Origin: a virus | IMG/VR virus record: IMGVR_UViG_3300020152_000002 | Location: 23,607-87,606 of that record | Direction: 5' to 3' (one strand) | Length of the DNA stretch: 64,000 nucleotides | Part shown: positions 57,359 to 64,000 of the stretch, piece by piece | Position numbering within the stretch: the first letter of the stretch is position 1 | Layout: the number at the start of each line of letters is the position of its first letter | Made by a program: the position numbers and the translations under genes | The notes under the pieces: generated by a model | The model's database searches: none | What the model saw: only the letters and a program-made list of their open reading frames with translations | What the model was told of the DNA's origin: nothing

Positions 57359-58326
57359 TGGACCGGAGCCTCCCCGACGACTTCAAAACCCATGCGTTGA
57401 AGATGCTCGACGAGCCGCTTCTTCGCCAGAGCCGCGTGAGCCCGCAGCCGCTCCGAACCCTCAAGGATGCCCCGGAAGGTATGGTAGCCGCGCATGTTGG
57501 CGTGGAAGTCGCCGCAGGCGCACGGCGTGACCTGATGCTCGAACGGCGACATGTGTTTGCTGTCCAGCAGGCGATCCGCCAGTTTGATGTCGTCTTCGAT
57601 CTTCGGCTTGCCGCCGTCGTGCGTGTTGTAGCTGACGCGAGCGCAGCGGGCGGTGCTGATTTGAAGCACCATGTATTCCCGCATATCGACAGCGTTGGCG
57701 AACTGGCGACGGCACTGGTCCGTGTTGTGCGCCCACAGCGTCTCGGCATAGATGCCGACCAGATGCCGGTCCTCGTCGGTGACGTAGGGCAGGTGCCAGT
57801 CGTCCGGTCCCAGCAGACGCGGGGTGCTGCCGTCCATGGCGATCCGCATGGCCCGCGCCAGCGCCGCGATCTCGGGCTGGGCGTCCTTGTGATCGCGCAG
57901 AGCGTAGAAGTTCTCCCACTCCGTCGCCGTGACGATGACGGAGATATGCGCCCACGGCTCAAGGACGCGGTTGGCGATCTGCTTGTGGATGCCCAGCGCG
58001 ATCAGCGCCTCGGCGGTGACGACGGCGGCCTCCGCTCCCTTGAGCCAGACCGCCTTGGCGCGCTCCGCCGTGGCCGCATCCACGTCCTGATCAGCCTGCA
58101 TCCCCTTCTGGTTCTGGCCCCACGACACCGGCAAGGCCGGATCGTTGATGATCGCGTTGATGATCTTCGTGACCGGGATGGCGCGGCTGCTGCTGGCGTT
58201 TCGGCTGAACACCCGATGCGTCATAAACTCCGCATGGATGAACCGGGGATACAGTAGTTGCAGCGTCGTGACGCGAACGCCCTGCGCGTTCAGGCTGTCG
58301 GCGATGACCTTGGCCGTGATGGTCAT
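57355..58326 (-). CDS. thyX: flavin-dependent thymidylate synthase
   Basis: RFIHAEFMTHRVFSRNASSSRAIP, KQ.ANR.LEP, AQPEI, ARCARVSY, H.SPFEHQ. Confidence 0.92.
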   Translation of the reverse strand: MTITAKVIADSLNAQGVRVTTLQLLYPRFIHAEFMTHRVFSRNASSSRAIPVTKIINAIINDPALPVSWGQNQKGMQADQDVDAATAERAKAVWLKGAEAAVVTAEALIALGIHKQIANRVLEPWAHISVIVTATEWENFYALRDHKDAQPEIAALARAMRIAMDGSTPRLLGPDDWHLPYVTDEDRHLVGIYAETLWAHNTDQCRRQFANAVDMREYMVLQISTARCARVSYNTHDGGKPKIEDDIKLADRLLDSKHMSPFEHQVTPCACGDFHANMRGYHTFRGILEGSERLRAHAALAKKRLVEHLQRMGFEVVGEAPVQ

Positions 58327-59120
58327 TGATCGCCCCCGGCGCGCTCCCGGTTGGCCCACAGGTCGTCGATGATCTCGCGCTTGACGGCGATCATCGCTTC
58401 CGACCCTTCGGCCGTGTCGAGCGGCACCTGACGATGCGTCTTCACGGCCAAGCGGGTGCCCGGCTTGATCCAGCGGCCGGTGACGACGAGTTGCTGCTGG
58501 TCGTCCGGCACGATGGCCTCGCCCGGCTTGTCGGGGTGCGAGCGGGCGAAGGTCCACTCCACGTCGTAGGTGAACTGCCGACGTTCGCTGTCCCAGTCGT
58601 CCGAGATCAGATGGGCGTTGGCGAACTTCGCCATCAGCAGCGACAGGGCGCGCTCGGCGGTGTCGGCGACGGCGTAGGGGCTCTCGGCGAGCGACTGGAA
58701 GCCCGGCCCGATGGCGAGGAAGCTGCCGGTGTTCAACGGCGTCCCGGTGCCCTCGTCGATGTCCGGCCGGTAGGTGACGGTGAAGCCGTTCTGACGGATG
58801 TCGAGATACGCCTTCATCCACGCATAGAAGGTGTGGAAGTTGGACAGGATGTCCACGAGGAAGGCGGCCCGTTCCGGCGAGCCCGGACTGTTGCCGGTGA
58901 ACAGCGTGACCACGCCGTCCTCACCTTCGCCCGACAGGACACCGGCCACGGTGTCGAGCGCCTTGTCGCCGAGATGTTCCTTCGTCAGTTCCGGGGCGCG
59001 CTGGAACTGTTCGATGGGCATGTGGAAGGGCGAAAACCGCGCGTTCGGGTTGCCCTGCGTGAACGCCTGATAGCGCGCCAGCAGCGCGTCGAGACCGGCG
59101 TTGTTCTGATTGAAGTCCAT
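58323..59120 (-). CDS. hypothetical protein
   Basis: GGGGAG RBS; coupled to thyX. Confidence 0.8.
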   Translation of the reverse strand: MDFNQNNAGLDALLARYQAFTQGNPNARFSPFHMPIEQFQRAPELTKEHLGDKALDTVAGVLSGEGEDGVVTLFTGNSPGSPERAAFLVDILSNFHTFYAWMKAYLDIRQNGFTVTYRPDIDEGTGTPLNTGSFLAIGPGFQSLAESPYAVADTAERALSLLMAKFANAHLISDDWDSERRQFTYDVEWTFARSHPDKPGEAIVPDDQQQLVVTGRWIKPGTRLAVKTHRQVPLDTAEGSEAMIAVKREIIDDLWANRERAGGDQ

Positions 59121-59222
59121 GTGATCGGTCTCCCCTACTGTTGAAACGCGGAAGGTATTTTCAGCCTTCCAGTTTTGAGTTCATACCTGAAAATGCAGAA
59201 GGTCTTTTTCTGCGAACTGTTG

Positions 59223-59666
59223 TCAGTGCAGCTTGCTTCGCCGATCTGCCTTTTCGCGCTGCACCTTCATGTGCGCTGCGACGGCGGCATTGCGTTGTGC
59301 GATCTGCGCCTTGAGGCGCGTCTTCATCGCGGCTGCGATCTCGGCGGTGACTTCATCCTCCGCCTTGATCTGGACCTTGCCGCCGGAGATGGCGTCGGCG
59401 GCTGCGTCGATGGGGATGTCCTTCGACATGACGCTGCCAGACCCGGCGAACCCGACCGTCAGCTTTCCGGCGTTCTGGCCTGCGGCCGGGGGCTGGAAGT
59501 TGACCATCGGCTGCGGTGCCAGCAGGCAGAGCAGTTCCACGGTGTCGGGTTCGAGCTTGCCGGTCAGCATCAGTTCCGTCGCGGCGACGAAGTGGATGCT
59601 CTCGCGCGGGTCGTGCATCTTGTCCGGCGCGAACCGATACGGGTCTTCTTTCGTGGGATTGTCCAT
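59223..59666 (-). CDS. hypothetical protein under a late-type promoter
   Basis: TTGCCA-N18-TATGGT at 59736-59707. Confidence 0.65.
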   Translation of the reverse strand: MDNPTKEDPYRFAPDKMHDPRESIHFVAATELMLTGKLEPDTVELLCLLAPQPMVNFQPPAAGQNAGKLTVGFAGSGSVMSKDIPIDAAADAISGGKVQIKAEDEVTAEIAAAMKTRLKAQIAQRNAAVAAHMKVQREKADRRSKLH

Positions 59667-59752
59667 GGTGCCTGTGAAGCTGGCGTTGAAAGGCGGGTGA
59701 GGGAGCACCATAACCGGGCAAGCCCGGCTATGGCAACCCCCTCGCAGGCCCG

Positions 59753-60433
59753 TCAGCCCTCGCAGGAGCCCTCGGTCTCGGCCGCCGCGCTGGTGGCCTC
59801 GCCGCAGGCTTCGCGGCGCTCGTCGTCGAAGTCGCGGTCGGCGTCGGGGCGCTCCATGTCCGGCTCGTCCGGCTCGGCGGCATCCTCGTCATCGCTGTCC
59901 TCGAACTCGGCGTAGGCGGCGTCGTATTCCTCCCACGCCTTCACGGCGGCGTCGTATTCTTCTTCCTCGCTGTCCAGTTCTTCGAGCTTCTGGCGCAGGT
60001 CGGAAGCCGCCGTGTCGATCTCGTCGGCCGCCGACTCGCAGCCATCGGCGCGCTGTTCGAGAAGCTGTCCGCTGTCGCCCTGTTGCAGACCCTCGGGCAT
60101 GTTCTCGAACTTGTCGCGCTGTTCTTGGCCGAGTTCACGCAGGCGTTCGGCGACGGCTTCCAGATCGTCCGGGATCGAAGCCCAGTCCGGCGTGTTGGCG
60201 GTGTCGTTGATCGCCTTCTCGATGGAGGCCAGATCGTCGTCGAAGATGCTGTAGAGCGCCGACTTGAACTCGCTCTGCGTCAGTTGCGACCGCGTGGGGC
60301 GCGTCTTCGAGCAGATTTTCGGGCCGCCGCGACCGCCGACCATGAAGGCCCAGTGGTAGTAGCTGTCGCCGACTTCAATGCCGTAGCGCGGGTTGGCCTT
60401 GCGGGCGGACTTGACGAAGTGAACCTTGGGCAT
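59753..60433 (-). CDS. hypothetical protein with acidic coiled coil
   Basis: AGGAGG RBS; promoter TTGACA-N17-TAAAGA; VKSARK..I.VGDSYY.W; NMPEGLQ. Confidence 0.85.
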   Translation of the reverse strand: MPKVHFVKSARKANPRYGIEVGDSYYHWAFMVGGRGGPKICSKTRPTRSQLTQSEFKSALYSIFDDDLASIEKAINDTANTPDWASIPDDLEAVAERLRELGQEQRDKFENMPEGLQQGDSGQLLEQRADGCESAADEIDTAASDLRQKLEELDSEEEEYDAAVKAWEEYDAAYAEFEDSDDEDAAEPDEPDMERPDADRDFDDERREACGEATSAAAETEGSCEG

Positions 60434-60495
60434 GTGATGGGCCTCCTGTCTCGGTGGATAACGATGACCCTCTTTACGCAGTCCACAACACGCTG

Positions 60496-60708
60496 TCAAC
60501 AACGCGAACGAAGTTTTTCTGCGGCCTTCTTCGACGCCACATACAGCGGCATTGTAAGGGGGCTTATCGAGTTCACCGCGCACGTCGCTGCCATCTTCTT
60601 GCACTCGGCTTCAAGGTGCTCGACGATCTGCGCGACCGTATCGCCACCGATCAACCGCGCACCGACGACGTAGCAGACGAAGTTCGCAGCCCTGTCAGCG
60701 TCGGACAT
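60496..60708 (-). CDS. hypothetical protein
   Basis: Coupled ORF in the - strand operon. Confidence 0.55.
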   Translation of the reverse strand: MSDADRAANFVCYVVGARLIGGDTVAQIVEHLEAECKKMAATCAVNSISPLTMPLYVASKKAAEKLRSRC

Positions 60709-61085
60709 CAGTCGAACGCATCAAATAGGCGGGCGGCATCTGGCGACACGTCCGTCCGTGGCACAGCATCACCACCTTGCCCTCCAAGAGCATACGGTCG
60801 ATCTCCGCCTCCATGGCCGCTGTCTTTCCGAACCGGCCGTTCGTCGAGCGGCCGAAAGAAGGCCCATGGGTTGATGATCTCGGATCGCCGCCAGAAGAAC
60901 CGGGTTGCGGGTCCGGGGACTTTGATCCCGTAGGCGAAGCGTTCATCGGTGGCAGTCCACATGACAAGATAGGCGGCGCTCATCTCACGCGCCTGTTCGA
61001 CCGTCACGTCATACAGACGCGGGCACAGGCTGTCGTCCGCCTGCGTGGCCGGATCAGGGGTGTAGAAGATCGCGGTGCCCAGCAT
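60708..61085 (-). CDS. hypothetical protein
   Basis: Coupled ORF in the - strand operon. Confidence 0.6.
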   Translation of the reverse strand: MLGTAIFYTPDPATQADDSLCPRLYDVTVEQAREMSAAYLVMWTATDERFAYGIKVPGPATRFFWRRSEIINPWAFFRPLDERPVRKDSGHGGGDRPYALGGQGGDAVPRTDVSPDAARLFDAFD

Positions 61086-61086
61086 C

Positions 61087-61548
61087 CTACCACCCAGCCC
61101 TATAGACTTCCACGCCCGCCGCCGTGGCCTGCTGGATCATGTTCAGGGTGCCCTCGGTGCCGGGGAAGGCGATCACCAGCTTACGGGCGTCCCGGATCGA
61201 CCGCAGGACCGCGAGCATCTGCGTGTTGCGGACGATCCCCGCCCGGCGTCCCTTGCCGTCCCAGTCGGCCTTGAGCACCTGTCCGGGCAGGCCCCGGCCC
61301 TTCCGCCATTCGTCGGCCAAGGTGTCAGCGCCCGGCGCTCCCCCGGTGATGACGACGGACGGGAAGCCGCGAGCGATCACCAGACCGTCGAGCGTCTGGT
61401 TCAGCAGCGTCACTTCCCGGTGCGCCCGGTCCATGTCGGCGGCGCTGTAGCGGTCGCTGACGACGCCGAACTTCCGGCCGCCGCAGACCAGCCAGCGTTC
61501 CGGCTGCCCGGTATCGACTTCGATCCCTGCGATCACGAGCTTGGTCAT
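61087..61548 (-). CDS. SLOG family protein (DUF2493 / YspA-like)
   Basis: LVCGGR; VITGGAPGADTLA; ADW...G.RAG.VRN..ML; AFPG..GT.NM. Confidence 0.88.
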   Translation of the reverse strand: MTKLVIAGIEVDTGQPERWLVCGGRKFGVVSDRYSAADMDRAHREVTLLNQTLDGLVIARGFPSVVITGGAPGADTLADEWRKGRGLPGQVLKADWDGKGRRAGIVRNTQMLAVLRSIRDARKLVIAFPGTEGTLNMIQQATAAGVEVYRAGW

Positions 61549-61955
61549 GTTTTCGGTGCTCCTGTCAGTTCGAGCTTCAAGATCAGCACTTCCACCTTGG
61601 CGCGGATGCCCTGCCCGATCTCGGTGTTAGACCCTTCGTATTTGTCGCGCATGTCCAGTAGTTCCTCCATGCTGAACGTGATGTCCGGCACAGTGATCTT
61701 GACCGGCCGAGCGGCACGTTGCGCTTCCTGCTGTTCGCGCAGAGTCGGATCGTTCTTGTGGTTCTCCGTGATCCGCCTGCTGATCTCGAAGATGTTGGTA
61801 GGGTCTCCGCCTTCGGCTTCGATCTCGCCGCGAACCATCCGTTCTTCGACCATGCGCCAGTAGCCCAGCTTTCCGCGCAGGTGCTTTTCGTCCTCCCGCT
61901 CGTAAGCGAACAGGCGGCCGTTCAGCGTGTCGTTCGGATGGTATGCGTCAGCCAT
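61545..61955 (-). CDS. hypothetical protein
   Basis: Coupled ORF starting MADAYHPND. Confidence 0.7.
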   Translation of the reverse strand: MADAYHPNDTLNGRLFAYEREDEKHLRGKLGYWRMVEERMVRGEIEAEGGDPTNIFEISRRITENHKNDPTLREQQEAQRAARPVKITVPDITFSMEELLDMRDKYEGSNTEIGQGIRAKVEVLILKLELTGAPKT

Positions 61956-63087
61956 GCGGGCTCGCCGTGACGCGGTGATACTGTTCGACGTAACCAAGAC
62001 TGCTGTCGCCGCGCTCGTGGCCTTCGATCCAGAGCCGCCAGCGATACTTCTCCGCCATGGGATCGTAGAACCGCTCCCACTTCTCGCTGACCTGTTCGTC
62101 GGCGGTGCGCCAGTGACCCCGGACTTCGTGACGGCGGTTGTGCCAGCCGCCAGCCCGGCCGCGCAGATGGTCATTGATGTCCCTGATCCGGCGGCGCGAC
62201 GACGGCACTTCCACGGTGATGATGGACGTGGACAGGAACGGCCGCTGTTCGACGCGAGGCCGAGCGTGGCCCTGACGGCGGTAGGGGACGTAGCGCACCG
62301 GGACGTGGTTCAGGAGCGCCAGCGCCGCGATCACGAAGCGCAGATCGAGCGACTGTTCGATCAGGCTGTCCCGCATGATCGTCACCCAGTCGTAACCGCG
62401 ATCCCGCGAGTGCGCCAGCCACAGTTCCTCGGGCTCGACGCTGCCGGTCTCGAACAGGGCATTGTCGCGGACATCGCCAAGGTCGCCGAGATTGTATTCG
62501 TCGTCCGGCTTCATCAGGCCCCACGCCACCGCGTTCGAGACGCCGAGATGGTTCCCTCGAACGATGGCGTCCTGATACGCCTTCGAGGCGCGCGGGTTCG
62601 GCGTCAGGCGCAGCTTGTTGGTCATGGTCGTGACCGTCTGCGACACCGGGAACATCGCCGCTCCGATCTCCGAAGTCGGATCGGTCGGGTCTTTCATCTT
62701 GCCCAGCGTCGTGATGCGGAAGACGCCTTCGACCGGGTTGCGATCCAGCAGGTAGCCGACGCGCTCCGGCTTGCCGAACACCGGCCGGTCGTGCGGGATG
62801 CCCTTCTTGGTCAGCCAGCGGTCCAGAACCCGGTAGTCGTATTCGATCCACATGTAGGGGTAGGGCAGCCGCGCCAGCGACCGATACCCGTCCAACCGGC
62901 GCTCCGTGGCCGGTTCCTTGGGGTCGCCCTTGAACGCCATGTTGGCGATGATCTCCACCGCCTCGTCATCCAGCGTGAACGCACGAGCCTGACGGACAGC
63001 GCCTCGGTAGAGACGCCATTCCTTCTCGGCTTCCGTGCGCCACCAGAAGGCGTTCAGAAGGTCCAGATCGAGAGGGGGCTTCTTCAT
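61948..63087 (-). CDS. hypothetical phage protein with C-terminal R.H.VRGHWR..W...H.RG motif
   Basis: 379-aa ORF coupled to the helicase. Confidence 0.8.
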   Translation of the reverse strand: MKKPPLDLDLLNAFWWRTEAEKEWRLYRGAVRQARAFTLDDEAVEIIANMAFKGDPKEPATERRLDGYRSLARLPYPYMWIEYDYRVLDRWLTKKGIPHDRPVFGKPERVGYLLDRNPVEGVFRITTLGKMKDPTDPTSEIGAAMFPVSQTVTTMTNKLRLTPNPRASKAYQDAIVRGNHLGVSNAVAWGLMKPDDEYNLGDLGDVRDNALFETGSVEPEELWLAHSRDRGYDWVTIMRDSLIEQSLDLRFVIAALALLNHVPVRYVPYRRQGHARPRVEQRPFLSTSIITVEVPSSRRRIRDINDHLRGRAGGWHNRRHEVRGHWRTADEQVSEKWERFYDPMAEKYRWRLWIEGHERGDSSLGYVEQYHRVTASPHG

Positions 63088-64000
63088 CAGAAGCGCACCC
63101 GGTTACGGTCGGCCTCGGTCTGGACGCCGCGCACTTCCACGAGCGTCTGCTTGGCGCGCGTGACGGCGACGTAGATCAGGTTCCGTTCTTGCTCCACCTG
63201 CCACGCCTGACGGGCGAACGGCGACGGCATCAGTTCGTCGCGGCCCAGCAGGAACACGCGGTTCCATTCCAGACCCTTCGAGCGGTGCGCCGAGCACAGG
63301 ACGATCATGTTGCCCGCGTTCGTCACGTCGTCGGCGAAGATGCCGTCGATCATCAGACGCAGACCTTCCACCGTATCCACGCCGGTCGCCTTGGCGCGCT
63401 CGATCAGGACGAACAGAGTCTCCACCTGATCGTCGATCTGATCAGCGCGTTGCTCCTGCTTGTTCTTGATCGCCTTCTCGATCTCCTTCCGGCGGTAGCT
63501 TTCCAGCTTGTCGGCCAAGGCGTCGAGCGTCTTGATCTTCCACTTCCCGGCGAGCGTCGAGAGCCCTTGGCCGACCGCCCGACCTTCGATCTTCGCGGCC
63601 TTGCCGTCGCGCACGAACTGGAAGAAGGCGCGGACCAGATACTTGTTCTGGCGGCACAGCACAGCGTCACCAGCTTGCACGGTGGCGAAGAAGTCCGCGT
63701 CGTAGTCCATGGTCAGGACTTCGCCTTCGGGAGCGGTCTCGTGGGCCGTGATATGACCGACCCAGTTACGGGCGTGTTCGACGACGGCCTTGGGGCAGCG
63801 GTAGGTGACAGTCAGCGGCATCCGGGCGCAGTTGAACTCGCGCTCGATGATCGACAGGCTGTCGTTGTCGGCACCCGTGAAGCCGAAGATCGCCTGATGC
63901 GGGTCGCCGACCGCGACCAGACGGCCGCCGGGCTTGAGCATCTTCTTGGCGAGGGCGCGACGGGTCGGGTTCGTGTCCTGCGCCTCGTCGATCAGCACCC
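63087..64000 (-). CDS. UvrD/Rep-like SF1A helicase (N-terminus outside window)
   Basis: IDEAQD, VGDPHQAIFGFTGA, TYRCP, AHRSKGLEW, YVAVTRA. Confidence 0.92.
   Translation of the reverse strand, partial: VLIDEAQDTNPTRRALAKKMLKPGGRLVAVGDPHQAIFGFTGADNDSLSIIEREFNCARMPLTVTYRCPKAVVEHARNWVGHITAHETAPEGEVLTMDYDADFFATVQAGDAVLCRQNKYLVRAFFQFVRDGKAAKIEGRAVGQGLSTLAGKWKIKTLDALADKLESYRRKEIEKAIKNKQEQRADQIDDQVETLFVLIERAKATGVDTVEGLRLMIDGIFADDVTNAGNMIVLCSAHRSKGLEWNRVFLLGRDELMPSPFARQAWQVEQERNLIYVAVTRAKQTLVEVRGVQTEADRNRVRF

Noticed and set aside
1-64000. Prophage or temperate module
   Set aside because: No integrase, repressor, att site or host genes are visible in the window; sequence outside the window cannot be assessed

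Overview
This window is 64 kb of a GC-rich lytic siphovirus genome with a YuA/Seuss-like capsid and tail architecture. The host is very probably an alphaproteobacterium (Caulobacterales-like), inferred from a perfect CtrA box and a GapR homolog. Layout: (i) 1-2.6 kb, small early genes with a distinct oligonucleotide composition, followed by an AT-rich boundary; (ii) 3.1-37.5 kb, + strand virion and lysis operons (terminase, portal, scaffold, capsid, decoration, a glycine-rich fibre module, connectors, tail tube, frameshifted chaperone, tape measure, tail tip, spanins); (iii) 37.7-50.2 kb, - strand replication genes (nuclease, dNMP kinase, SNF2-like helicase, family A polymerase, GapR, SSB, DUF2800 nuclease, RecD-like helicase, MazG); (iv) 50.3-55.6 kb, + strand primase-helicase, class II RNR and a candidate structured ncRNA; (v) 55.6-64 kb, - strand genes (Topo VI-A-like protein, ThyX, SLOG, UvrD-like helicase). 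I found no integrase, CRISPR array or credible tRNA. The most notable signals are a promoter- and terminator-bounded ~330-nt structured ncRNA with repeated GACACGAAGC motifs, complete absence of CACC/GGTG from the first 3.27 kb, a domain shared between head decoration and tail tube, a fibre-repeat family shared by head- and tail-region proteins with a possible second frameshift, a common C-terminal (F/W)DIL peptide on TerS, the nuclease and the primase, and an 18-bp-spacer late promoter class. All product calls come from motif recognition and gene order; no database searches were run.
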